Shown: piece by piece, positions 48,684-58,396 of the stretch
Position numbering within the stretch: position 1 is the first letter of the stretch
How the letters are laid out: the number at the start of each line of letters is the position of its first letter
Position numbers and translations under genes: made by a program
The notes under the pieces: generated by a model
What the model was told of the DNA's origin: nothing
The model's database searches: none
Seen by the model: the letters and a program-made list of their open reading frames with translations, nothing else
Source: Longimicrobiales bacterium
GTDB lineage: Bacteria > Gemmatimonadota > Gemmatimonadetes > Longimicrobiales > Gaopeijiaceae
DNA length: 64,000 nt
NCBI GenBank assembly: GCA_965248195.1
Contig: CBDFIQ010000002.1
Span: 1,120,001-1,184,000, forward strand
Direction: 5' to 3'

Positions 48684-50066
48684 TTGAACACGCTGGAAGG
48701 CGAAAAGGTTGCCGTCGTCGGATTAGCCGCATCCGGATGGGCTGCGGCTTGGTTGGCACTTGAAAAGGGAGGTGAGGTCCATGTCTCGGATCTGCGCACT
48801 GACACCGCAACTCATGCTCGTGGAGCCGAGCTCCGCGGACGTGGAGCCGAGGTCGAGCTGGGAAAGCACCCGGTCGATCGCATCGCAGGCGCCGGCACGG
48901 TCGTTGTCAGCCCCGGCATTCGCCCGGACGCTCCGGTGCTCAACGAGCTCGGCGAACGGGGCGTACGTTGGATCTCAGAACCTGAGTTCGCCTTTCGGTT
49001 CTTCGATGGTCCACTGATCGCTGTGACAGGAACGAACGGCAAGACCACCACGGCGGCCTTGGTGGCACACCTGCTCGAAGAGGATGGGCTGGATGTGGCT
49101 CTGGGCGGGAACATCGGCGCCGCCTTCGGCCCTCCCGCCTCCGAGCTCGCCCTCCGGGAGCAAAGCCCGGCGTGGTACGTCCTGGAGATGAGCTCGTTCC
49201 AGTTGGGTGCGATAGATCGGTTCAAACCCGATATCGGGGTGATGACCAATCTGGCTCCGGATCATCTCGACTGGTATCCGTCCGTGGAATCCTACTACGC
49301 CGATAAGGCCAACCTCTTCCGCAATGCCGACGACGACAGCCGGTGGGTCTTGAACAGAGACGACCCGGCCGTCGCTGCTCTGGCGGAGGGCGTTCCCGGC
49401 CGTCGCTTCTTTTTCAGCCGGACGAGCGGCGGCCGTCCGGGCGCCTACCTCGACCGTAACATGCTGACACTGGACGTATCCGGGGAAGTGGAGGCCTTGG
49501 GTCACGTCGAGGACATCGCTCTTCTGGGGGCGCACAATGTGGAAAACGCTCTCGCCGCAGCGACCACGGCTCGGCTGGGTGGCGGCTCCCCGGGATCCAT
49601 TCGACGGGGTTTGGCCACGGCCAAGGCCCTTCCTCATCGCACCGAGAAGGTGGTCGAAGCGAAGGGTGTCCGGTGGGTGAACGATTCGAAGGCAACGAAC
49701 GTGGCCGCAGCTCGGTCCGCCATTGGCAGCCTCAAGGGGGCGCTGCTCGTCCTGCTCGGTGGCAAGGACAAGGGCGAGGACTTCTCGAGGCTGGTAGCCG
49801 CGCTCTCGGAGGCTGACGCCCGCGTGCTGACCTTCGGCCAGGCAGGGCCGCGCATTTTCCAAGCTCTGGACGGTCATGTGCCGGTGGAGTTGCTACCGGG
49901 GGGCTTCGACGAGGTCATGGAGGCTGCAGCCCAACGTGCGGCCCCGGGGACCACGGTCCTGTTATCACCGGCATGCTCCAGCTTTGACATGTTCGAGAGC
50001 TACGAGGAGCGCGGTGCCCGCTTTGCGGCGTTGGCCAAGGCCATATCAGAGGCTGCCGAGCGCTGA
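48684..50066 (+). CDS. murD: MurD ligase
   Basis: VVSPGI, GTNGKTTT, EMSSFQL, NDSKATN, SPACSSFD. Confidence 0.97.
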   Translation: MNTLEGEKVAVVGLAASGWAAAWLALEKGGEVHVSDLRTDTATHARGAELRGRGAEVELGKHPVDRIAGAGTVVVSPGIRPDAPVLNELGERGVRWISEPEFAFRFFDGPLIAVTGTNGKTTTAALVAHLLEEDGLDVALGGNIGAAFGPPASELALREQSPAWYVLEMSSFQLGAIDRFKPDIGVMTNLAPDHLDWYPSVESYYADKANLFRNADDDSRWVLNRDDPAVAALAEGVPGRRFFFSRTSGGRPGAYLDRNMLTLDVSGEVEALGHVEDIALLGAHNVENALAAATTARLGGGSPGSIRRGLATAKALPHRTEKVVEAKGVRWVNDSKATNVAAARSAIGSLKGALLVLLGGKDKGEDFSRLVAALSEADARVLTFGQAGPRIFQALDGHVPVELLPGGFDEVMEAAAQRAAPGTTVLLSPACSSFDMFESYEERGARFAALAKAISEAAER

Positions 50067-51250
50067 TGAGCCGCGCCGTGGACCTCGCTCCGTCCGGGCC
50101 GCTGGCCCTTCCCATCACGGGCATCGGGAGAGGGTGGGAGCCCGCCGCGATCATGACGCTCACGCTCATCCTCCTATCTCTCGGTTTGGTGACGCTTTAT
50201 TCCGCCAGCGCCTTCCTCGCGCAACGGCAAGCCTTGCCGGATTACTACTACGTCCTCCGGCAGGCAACCGGCGTGGCGGTTGGTTTGGTGATTCTCGGCG
50301 TCTGTGCAAGGATTCCGCATGACCTTTGGCGGCGACTCGCATGGCCGATGGTCGTCGTTGCGTGGCTCCTTCTCATGATCGTGGTTGCGCCGGGGACCGA
50401 GTCCATCGCGCCCTCGATCAACGGGGCACGCCGGTGGCTGCGCATCGGCCCAACCCTTCAGCCCTCGGAGTTGGCCAAGGTCGCCGTCGTCGTCTGGACG
50501 GCAACGGTAGCGATTCGTAAGCAAGAGGAGTTCTCGAGCCTGCGGCGAGGCCTCGCGCCGTTCCTCTTGGTGTGGGCCGCGCTGATCGTGCCGATCGGGC
50601 TCGAGCCTGATCTGTCAACCGCGTTGCTCGTGGGGGTGATGGGGTGCCTGGTCGTTTACGTGGCGGGTGCTCGACTGACCCACTTCCTCTTCCTAGGTCT
50701 ACTCGCCGCTCCAGTTCTGTACACCCAGTTGGACGTCGCCTTCCGGGCTCGCCGCATGGTGTCGTTCCTCGACCCTTTGGCGGATCCGGCGGGCGCTGGC
50801 TTTCAGGTCCACCAGTCGCTTGTCGCTTTCGGCTCGGGGGGCGTCGCTGGCGTGGGGTTCGGACAGGGCCGGCAGAAGCTCGGCTTTCTTCCGGAGGCCC
50901 ACAACGATTTTATCTTCGCGATGATCGGGGAGGAGTGGGGGCTGGTTGGCGTCACGATGACGGTAGTGCTTTACATGCTCCTGATCCTGATCGGCTTTCG
51001 AGTCGCATCGCGTGCTCCCGACCTCTTTGGGCAGCTGCTGGCGGTTGGGCTGACCAGCATGATTGCCATGCACGCGATTCTCCACATGGCTGTGGGACTG
51101 GGTTTGGTGCCGGCCACGGGCTTGGCGCTACCCCTTATCTCTTACGGACGCTCGAATCTGCTGGTCACGCTGGCGTCCCTCGGGATTCTCATGAGCATCT
51201 CCCGGGCGAGCCAGAGGCCCCTTCCCGTGGGAAGGAGGGCCCGTGCATGA
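50066..51250 (+). CDS. ftsW: SEDS glycosyltransferase FtsW
   Basis: NGARRW, QPSELAK, LPEAHNDFIF, ISYGRS. Confidence 0.96.
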   Translation: MSRAVDLAPSGPLALPITGIGRGWEPAAIMTLTLILLSLGLVTLYSASAFLAQRQALPDYYYVLRQATGVAVGLVILGVCARIPHDLWRRLAWPMVVVAWLLLMIVVAPGTESIAPSINGARRWLRIGPTLQPSELAKVAVVVWTATVAIRKQEEFSSLRRGLAPFLLVWAALIVPIGLEPDLSTALLVGVMGCLVVYVAGARLTHFLFLGLLAAPVLYTQLDVAFRARRMVSFLDPLADPAGAGFQVHQSLVAFGSGGVAGVGFGQGRQKLGFLPEAHNDFIFAMIGEEWGLVGVTMTVVLYMLLILIGFRVASRAPDLFGQLLAVGLTSMIAMHAILHMAVGLGLVPATGLALPLISYGRSNLLVTLASLGILMSISRASQRPLPVGRRARA

Positions 51251-52415
51251 GGGTCCAGTCGTGGTCTTCGCCGGAGGCGGCACCGGGGGCCACCTCTACC
51301 CGGCGCTGGCACTCGCGGACGAACTCGTGCGGCAACGTCCGGACGTGCGGCCGTTTTTCCTCGGTGCACGTGGAGGAATCGAGGCTCGGGTGCTCCCTGG
51401 GCGGGGGCTGGAGCATCGGCTTCTCCCGGTGCGAGGGATCGCACGAGGGGAGTGGTGGTCGAATCTCGGGGTACCCTTGGCCCTCGCGTCCTCGCTTGCG
51501 ACCACGCTCGGAGTCCAACGCCACATCCGGCCGGAGTTGGTCGTGGTGACGGGCGGGTACGCTGGGGCGCCCTCGGGGTTGGTGGCGACCCTCATGGGAA
51601 CACCACTGGTGCTCCAGGAGCAGAATGCGTGGCCCGGAGTCACCACTCGCCTCTTGTCGCGGTGGGCAACGCAGATACACCTCGCGTTTCCCGAAGCGAT
51701 GGCGGAGTTGCCCTCCCGGGCTCGGAAGGTGGCGCGGGTCTCAGGATGTCCGATCCAAGCCCTCCCCGACAACCCGCCCGAACGCCGCGAGGCTCTTGCC
51801 GGAATGGGGCTCGACCCACAGCGGAGGCTCCTGCTGTTGATCGGTGGAAGCCAAGGATCCCTGGCGCTGAATGAGCTGATGCTCCAAGCCGTCCGGCTCG
51901 GAGCCGTCCGGTCCGAGGCCGCCGGGAACCTTGCGCCTCTGGATGAGTGGCAGCTCCTCTGGATGACGGGGCCGGCGCACCATTCGTCTATCGTCGAGGA
52001 GCTTGCCGCTAGCGGGGACCCGCCCTGGATCCGAGCAGTTCCCTACATCGAGGACGTGCCGAGGGTCCTGGGGGTCACGGATCTGGCGGTGTCGCGGGCA
52101 GGCGCTATGACGACGGCGGAGATCTTGGCGTGGGGAGTGCCGGCCATCCTGGTACCGCTCCCCACCGCTGCCGCGAACCACCAGGAGCTGAACGCTCGCG
52201 CCCTGGAGGAGGCAGGGGCCGCCGTACATCTGGAGCAGGAGGGACTGACGGCGGAGGGGCTGTGGAGGACCATCACCCGCTTGGCAGAGGACCCCCAGAT
52301 GCTCGCCACGATGAGTCAGCGCGCGCGGGAGCGCAGCCGGCCCGACGCCACCTCCCTCATCGTCGGCGAGATCGTGTGCCTTCTCTCGGATCCTGGACAG
52401 GGAGGTGCCCGATGA
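51243..52415 (+). CDS. murG: MurG GlcNAc transferase
   Basis: GGGTGGHLYP, EQNA, GGSQG, SRAGAMT, HQELNA. Confidence 0.97.
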   Translation: MHEGPVVVFAGGGTGGHLYPALALADELVRQRPDVRPFFLGARGGIEARVLPGRGLEHRLLPVRGIARGEWWSNLGVPLALASSLATTLGVQRHIRPELVVVTGGYAGAPSGLVATLMGTPLVLQEQNAWPGVTTRLLSRWATQIHLAFPEAMAELPSRARKVARVSGCPIQALPDNPPERREALAGMGLDPQRRLLLLIGGSQGSLALNELMLQAVRLGAVRSEAAGNLAPLDEWQLLWMTGPAHHSSIVEELAASGDPPWIRAVPYIEDVPRVLGVTDLAVSRAGAMTTAEILAWGVPAILVPLPTAAANHQELNARALEEAGAAVHLEQEGLTAEGLWRTITRLAEDPQMLATMSQRARERSRPDATSLIVGEIVCLLSDPGQGGAR

Positions 52416-53845
52416 TCGCCCTCGATCCGGGTTCGAGCTCGGTGGGGGAGCGGGATCTGCGCCGGCTCTCGACCCAGGGACCGGTGCATTTCATGGGGGT
52501 AGCGGGCGCCGGCATGTGCGCGCTGGCCGAGCTCTTTGCGGAGAGCGGAGGAACCGTGTCGGGGTGTGACCTACGGCCGGGATCCAGCACGGATAGGCTC
52601 CGCACCATGGACGTGCAGATACACGAGGGGCATGAGGCGAGCCACGTAGAGGGGGCGGCCGCCCTCGTGGTCAGCGCCGCGGTCCCGAAGGACCACCCCG
52701 AGGTCCAGGAGGCGCTCGAACAGGGAATTCCAGTCTTCAAGCGAGCCGAGGCCCTGGGCCAGTGGGTCAATCAGGGCCGGGTGCTGGCGGTGGCCGGCAC
52801 GCACGGGAAGACGTCCACCACCGCGATGGCGACGGAGATTCTCGTGGCGGCAGGGATGGATCCGACCGGCTTCGTGGGCGGCCGTGTGCCCGCTTGGGGC
52901 GGTAACCTGCGTAGCGGTGGCGGCGATCTCTATGTCGTCGAGGCGGACGAATACGACCGATCGTTCCTGGAGCTGAGGCCCGCGGTGGCCGTGGTGACCA
53001 ACCTCGAAGCGGATCACCTCGATACCTATGGTGCCCTGGAAGGTGTCGTAAACGCTTTTCAGGAGTTCCTCGATGGGCTCCTGCCGGATGGCTACGCTGT
53101 CATCTGCGCGGATGATCATGGGGCGAGCGGACTCGTCACGGGCCTCACGTCTGGGGTGCGTACATATGGCTTGGAGACGGGCGCGCAGATACGTGCAGTC
53201 GACGTCGAGGCGAGCCCCGCCGGCATGGACTTCCGGGTGATCGAAGAGGGCGTCGACCGAGGGACCTTCCGACTTTCTGTGCCCGGCGTTCACAACCTGC
53301 AGAACGCGCTGGGCGCCGCGGTTGCGGCGCGCTGTTTCGGCGTGGACTGGGACACCGTCCGCGAGGGGCTCGCGGCGTATCAGGGAGTCGAGAGGAGATT
53401 CGACACGGTTGGGTTGGAGCGGGGGATCCTGGTCGTGGACGACTATGCACATCACCCCTCGGAGATCCAGGCTACTCTGGCGGCCGCGCGGGGAGCCCAC
53501 CCGGACCGGCGGATCGTGGCCGTGTTTCAACCGCACCTCTTCACGCGGACACGGGATTTTGCCGAGGAATTCGGGCAGGCGCTTGCCGAAGCCGACTCGA
53601 TCTGGGTCACCGACGTGTTCCCGGCTCGGGAGGATCCCATCGAGGGCGTAACGGGTGAGATGGTTGCGCTAGCAGCGCGGCGTGCGGGCGCTGACGTACG
53701 CTATCACGCCGACGTGAGCTCGATGGCGGAAACCGTCGTGACGGAGCTCGCCTCGGGTGACCTCCTCCTGACCATGGGCGCAGGGTCCATCGACCGCGTG
53801 GCGCATGAGGTCATGGAACGCCTCGAGGAGACCTCTCATGCGTAA
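52412..53845 (+). CDS. murC: MurC ligase
   Basis: HFMGVAGAGM, GTHGKTST, EADEYD, DDYAHHP, FQPH. Confidence 0.97.
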   Translation: MIALDPGSSSVGERDLRRLSTQGPVHFMGVAGAGMCALAELFAESGGTVSGCDLRPGSSTDRLRTMDVQIHEGHEASHVEGAAALVVSAAVPKDHPEVQEALEQGIPVFKRAEALGQWVNQGRVLAVAGTHGKTSTTAMATEILVAAGMDPTGFVGGRVPAWGGNLRSGGGDLYVVEADEYDRSFLELRPAVAVVTNLEADHLDTYGALEGVVNAFQEFLDGLLPDGYAVICADDHGASGLVTGLTSGVRTYGLETGAQIRAVDVEASPAGMDFRVIEEGVDRGTFRLSVPGVHNLQNALGAAVAARCFGVDWDTVREGLAAYQGVERRFDTVGLERGILVVDDYAHHPSEIQATLAAARGAHPDRRIVAVFQPHLFTRTRDFAEEFGQALAEADSIWVTDVFPAREDPIEGVTGEMVALAARRAGADVRYHADVSSMAETVVTELASGDLLLTMGAGSIDRVAHEVMERLEETSHA

Positions 53846-54593
53846 CTTGGTCCGGACCACCGTGTGGGGATTGGTCGCGGGAGGCGTGGCGTTGGCCGCC
53901 GATTGGCTTCCGGACGCGCTCGCCGAGCTCGACTTCTTTCGGGCCCGCGAATACAGGGTCGCCGGGGCTCGTCTCCTACAGGAACAAGAGGTTCTGGCCG
54001 CAGCGGCCATTTCACCGTTCGTGAGCGTGTTCGACGATTTTACGTCGATAGAGATGCGTCTCGAGCTGCACCCACTGATTCGGCGCGCCCGTGTGATTGC
54101 CGAGCTCCCGAGGACCTTGGTGGTCACGATCGACGAGCGGATTCCGGTCGGATTCGTGGCGGGCCCGGTACTCGAACCGGTGGACCGGGATGGCCAGGTA
54201 CTCCCGCTGGACCCAGTCCAACACCGGCTGGATCTCCCCCTCCTGATCAGGGCCGGAGGAGGGGCCGCTCTCTCGCCTTCCCAGGTGCGGGTCCTGGCGA
54301 TGGAGGTCAACCGTCTGGCGGCGGATGACCCCACGTTCCTGGCTGCGGTCTCGGAGATGGCCATCGACGATCGCGGCGACGCGACCGCTTTGCTGAGCGG
54401 AGACCTTCTTCTTCGATTCCGCCCGCCCCTCTCGCATCGGCAGCTGCGTGACGGTCTCACCGTGCTGGAAGATGCCGTTCTACGCCACCCCGATCAGACA
54501 GCATCCGTCCTCGATCTTCGGTTCGAAGATCAGGTCGTCGTTGGTTATGCCGAGCAACGCGCTCGAGCGGTTGGTCAACGGAGGGATCAGTAA
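53838..54593 (+). CDS. ftsQ: Cell division protein FtsQ
   Basis: TM, POTRA-like region, LDLRFEDQVVV; position before ftsA. Confidence 0.85.
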   Translation: MRNLVRTTVWGLVAGGVALAADWLPDALAELDFFRAREYRVAGARLLQEQEVLAAAAISPFVSVFDDFTSIEMRLELHPLIRRARVIAELPRTLVVTIDERIPVGFVAGPVLEPVDRDGQVLPLDPVQHRLDLPLLIRAGGGAALSPSQVRVLAMEVNRLAADDPTFLAAVSEMAIDDRGDATALLSGDLLLRFRPPLSHRQLRDGLTVLEDAVLRHPDQTASVLDLRFEDQVVVGYAEQRARAVGQRRDQ

Positions 54594-55823
54594 ATGCACT
54601 CGACCCTGATCGCCGGCGTCGACCTCGGCACGACCAACACCTGCGGGGTGATCGCGGAGGTCCACGACGATCCGTTCCTGCGAAGAAACCTCAAGATTCT
54701 CGGCGTCGGGCAGGCCCGGAGCATGGGGATGCGACAGATCGTGACGCATATCGAGGAGGCCACCGAATCCGTGAAGGTGGCCATGGAAGAGGCCGAACTC
54801 ATGGCTGGTGCGAAGGTGGACCGGGTGTATGTGGGAATCAGCGGCGAGCATGTTCGGGCGGCCACGTCTCTGGGCGTCGTCGCCGTAATCGACGACGAGA
54901 TTTCCTCCTTCGATCTCCAACGCGTTCACGAGGTGGCCCGCGCCGTCGCCCATCCGCCCGATCGTGAACTCCTGCACGCCATCCCCCAGGACTACATCGT
55001 GGATCACCATGCCGGGATCAAGGACCCGCTCGGGATGGCGGGCACGAGGCTCGAGGCGGAGCTCTATCTCGTGACCGGATCCGCCGCCGCCGCCGACAGC
55101 ATCAGGAAGGCGGTCCAGCGGGCGGGTTACCGAGTTCAGGAGTTGGTTCTCGAATCCCTCGCGGCCGCCCGTTCGGTCCTTACAGAGGACGAGAAGGAAG
55201 TGGGCGTCGCTATGGTCGAGATCGGCGCCTGTACGACCAACGTTGCGGCCTATTGCAACGGGGAGCTCCGACATATCGCGGTCCTCCTCTTCGGAGGGGC
55301 CACGGTCACGAACGATCTCGTGAGGGGCCTGTCCGTTCCGTTTGCCGAGGCCAAACGGGCGAAGGAGCACTTCGGTGCGGCGTTCGCCCAACTCGTGGAT
55401 CCCCGTGAGACGGTGGAACTACCGGGACCTGGTCCGGGCCAGAAGCGCCACGTCGCTCGGGAGCTGATTGCCCACGTGGTCGAGCAGCGTCTCGACGAGA
55501 TGTTCGGTCTCGTGCACGCCGAGCTTGAGCGCGAGGGCCTCCTGAACAAACTCGGAGCGGGCGTCGTGCTCACCGGCGGGGCGTCAACGCTGTATGGAAC
55601 CGTGGAGTTGGCCCAGCACGTGTTCGCCGCCCCGGTACGCAGCGGCGTGCCGGGCGAGGGCTTGGCGGGTCTGGCCGACTCCGTGGGAAGGCCGAAGTTC
55701 GCCACGGCTGCGGGACTCGCGCTTTATGGCGCCGACCGGTACGAGGAAACCGGGGACGGCGCCTCAACACTCACTTCCGGCCTTGTGTCCAAGGTCGGTT
55801 CCTGGCTGAAGGAATTTTTCTAG
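54594..55823 (+). CDS. ftsA: Cell division protein FtsA
   Basis: VDLGTT, DPLGMAGTRLE, VVLTGG, C-terminal WLKEFF helix. Confidence 0.97.
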   Translation: MHSTLIAGVDLGTTNTCGVIAEVHDDPFLRRNLKILGVGQARSMGMRQIVTHIEEATESVKVAMEEAELMAGAKVDRVYVGISGEHVRAATSLGVVAVIDDEISSFDLQRVHEVARAVAHPPDRELLHAIPQDYIVDHHAGIKDPLGMAGTRLEAELYLVTGSAAAADSIRKAVQRAGYRVQELVLESLAAARSVLTEDEKEVGVAMVEIGACTTNVAAYCNGELRHIAVLLFGGATVTNDLVRGLSVPFAEAKRAKEHFGAAFAQLVDPRETVELPGPGPGQKRHVARELIAHVVEQRLDEMFGLVHAELEREGLLNKLGAGVVLTGGASTLYGTVELAQHVFAAPVRSGVPGEGLAGLADSVGRPKFATAAGLALYGADRYEETGDGASTLTSGLVSKVGSWLKEFF

Positions 55824-55896
55824 TGCTCCGACGAACCAACGACTCGGGACATCCACTGTGAATCCAGTCGAACCACCCATCCATGGGAGCCAACTG

Positions 55897-57054
55897 ATGA
55901 TGATTTTCGAATTCGAAGACACTCCGATCCAAACGGCACGGATGAAGGTGGTCGGGGTTGGAGGAGCCGGCGGAAACGCGGTCAACCGAATGGTGGACGA
56001 GGATCTGGAGGGCGTCGAGTTCATCACCATGAATACGGACGCCCAGGCGCTGAAGGGCTCGCGTGCGCAGGTCACGCTCCAGATCGGCAAGAAACTAACA
56101 CGCGGGCTGGGTGCGGGCGCGCGGCCGGAGGTCGGTCGGCAAGCGGTGGCCGAGAGCCAGGACGAGGTCCGCATGGTGCTGGAGGGGGCCGACCTGGTCT
56201 TCATCACCGCCGGAATGGGTGGCGGAACCGGCACCGGGGCCGCACCCATCATCGGGGAGATCGCTCGCGAGATGGGTGCCCTCACCATCGGCATCGTCAC
56301 GAAGCCCTTCTCATTCGAGGGTAAGAAAAGGGAACGGCAGTCCGAGCAGGGCCTCGCGGAGCTTCGCAGGACTGTCGATACGATGATTGTGGTACCGAAC
56401 GATCGCCTCTTGTCCGTGGTGCCGCGGGGGACCTCCTTTCGGAACGCCCTGAAGAAGGCCGACGAGGTGCTCCTGAACGCGACACAGGGAATCAGCGATC
56501 TGATACGGGTTTCAGGCGAGGTGAACGTCGACTTTGCGGACGTTCGAACGGTCATGGCTTGCCGTGGGCCGGCCCTCATGGGTTCCGGTTTCGGAGAGGG
56601 AGACAACCGGGCACAGGAGGCCGCTCAAGAGGCTGTTTCTTCACCGCTGCTGGACGACGTATCGATCCATGGAGCCCAGGGCGTGCTGATCAACATCACG
56701 GGGGGTATGGATCTCGCCATTGACGAAGTACACCAGATATCAACTATTATTCAAGAAGAGGCCGGAGATGAGGCGGAGATCATTTTTGGCGCGGTCCATG
56801 ATCCGGAGCTGGAAGGACAGATTCGGGTCACGGTGATCGCGACCGGCTTCGACGACATGATTCGGCCGAACTTCGGAGGGCAAACCCGGTCCCCGTTGCC
56901 TCATCGTCAAGTTCAGCCGCACCCGCAGGTGGCGGCGGTCGGTGGAGGATCGGCGAGTGTGGTTCCGCTTCCTCGACCGCCGGAGCGGGTTGTGACGCGG
57001 GAACAGATCGGCGAGCTGGACGTTCCGACGTTCATCCGCCGGCAGATGGACTGA
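55897..57054 (+). CDS. ftsZ: Cell division protein FtsZ
   Basis: GGAGGNA, GGGTGTG, NVDFAD, DVPTFIRR. Confidence 0.99.
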   Translation: MMIFEFEDTPIQTARMKVVGVGGAGGNAVNRMVDEDLEGVEFITMNTDAQALKGSRAQVTLQIGKKLTRGLGAGARPEVGRQAVAESQDEVRMVLEGADLVFITAGMGGGTGTGAAPIIGEIAREMGALTIGIVTKPFSFEGKKRERQSEQGLAELRRTVDTMIVVPNDRLLSVVPRGTSFRNALKKADEVLLNATQGISDLIRVSGEVNVDFADVRTVMACRGPALMGSGFGEGDNRAQEAAQEAVSSPLLDDVSIHGAQGVLINITGGMDLAIDEVHQISTIIQEEAGDEAEIIFGAVHDPELEGQIRVTVIATGFDDMIRPNFGGQTRSPLPHRQVQPHPQVAAVGGGSASVVPLPRPPERVVTREQIGELDVPTFIRRQMD

Positions 57055-57082
57055 TACACTAACGCTTGTTGAAGGAGGCGGG

Positions 57083-58396
57083 GTGAACTCGGGCTCCAAG
57101 ATATTGGGATTGATCGGTGTTCTCGCGGTGATGGCCTCAAGCCTGGCGTTCGTTCTGTTCACGGGGAAAGAGGTGCCCACGGTGGGCCTTGTGGCCCCTG
57201 TGTTCGCGGCCGCGGCGGAGCGGGTGGAGCTTCGAGCGCTGAAGCGGGACGAGACGCTCGGCGACCTCCTGGCGGGCGTGCTGGACACGAACGATCAATA
57301 CGGCTTGGTCCTGGCGTTGAGGGAGCGCGCCAACCCTCGCCGCCTGCGGCCCGGTACCGAAGTAACATTCCGCTGGCTCACGGCTGCGCCCGCCGAGTTG
57401 CGGGCCGTCGATATCACCGTCGACCCGGATCTGACCGTTCGTATGACGCCGTCCCCAGTCGGCTGGACCTCGAGCGTGATGACTACGCCGGTGGTGATGG
57501 ATACCGTGTGGGCGTCCGGCGAGATTCAGTCGTCACTTTGGGCTGCCGTCGTCGGGAGCGAGGGCCTGGAAAGGGTGGATTCCCGGGACCAGTATGAGTT
57601 CTTCCTGGATCTCCAAAATATCTTCCAGTGGCAGGTGGACTTCGTCCGCGACATCTGGCCGGGGGACTTCTACCGGTTCTCCTACGAACGGGCGGTTCGC
57701 CCGGACGGGACCATGCGCGTCGGGCACGTGCTCTCCGCGGAGTTGGTGAACCGTGGGAGCGCCTATAAGGCCGCCTGGTTCGACCCTAACGGAGACGGGG
57801 CCGGCACGTATTACGACGAAAACGGGAACTCCGTTCGACTCGCGTTTCTTCGTAGCCCGATCGAACTTGGCTACCGGATGTCCAGTCGTTTCAGCAACAA
57901 CCGGTTGCATCCGGTGTTGCGGACTTGGCGGGCGCATTGGGGTGTGGACTTCGCTGCGGCGACCGGGACGCCCGTGCGGACGACCGGGAACGGCGTCGTG
58001 ATCGAGCGCGGCCTGCAAAGCACCTACGGCAACACGATCTTGATTCGGCATTCGAACGGATGGACCACCCGGTATGCCCACATGAATCGTTTCGCCGCCG
58101 GGGTCGGGGTCGGCAGCCGGGTGGCTCAAGGGGACCTCATTGGGTACGTCGGGATGACGGGCCTGGCTACCGGTCCCCACCTCCACTATGAGATGCGGTA
58201 TAACGGCGCCCCCAAGGATCCGCTCGCCATCGATTTGCCGCCAGGCGACCCGGTTCCAGCCGAGCAGTGGGGGGTGTGGGAGGCACAGAGCCGTGCTCGC
58301 CTAGGCCTTCTCGACCGGCTTCCTCTTCCCTGGGACGTTCGGCTTGCCATGAACGTCCTCGGGGACGATGACGCGCCGGACGCAGGAGTGCGGTGA
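57083..58396 (+). CDS. M23-family peptidoglycan endopeptidase (MepM-like)
   Basis: HWGVD (HxxxD), YAHM, TGPHLHYE. Confidence 0.92.
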   Translation: MNSGSKILGLIGVLAVMASSLAFVLFTGKEVPTVGLVAPVFAAAAERVELRALKRDETLGDLLAGVLDTNDQYGLVLALRERANPRRLRPGTEVTFRWLTAAPAELRAVDITVDPDLTVRMTPSPVGWTSSVMTTPVVMDTVWASGEIQSSLWAAVVGSEGLERVDSRDQYEFFLDLQNIFQWQVDFVRDIWPGDFYRFSYERAVRPDGTMRVGHVLSAELVNRGSAYKAAWFDPNGDGAGTYYDENGNSVRLAFLRSPIELGYRMSSRFSNNRLHPVLRTWRAHWGVDFAAATGTPVRTTGNGVVIERGLQSTYGNTILIRHSNGWTTRYAHMNRFAAGVGVGSRVAQGDLIGYVGMTGLATGPHLHYEMRYNGAPKDPLAIDLPPGDPVPAEQWGVWEAQSRARLGLLDRLPLPWDVRLAMNVLGDDDAPDAGVR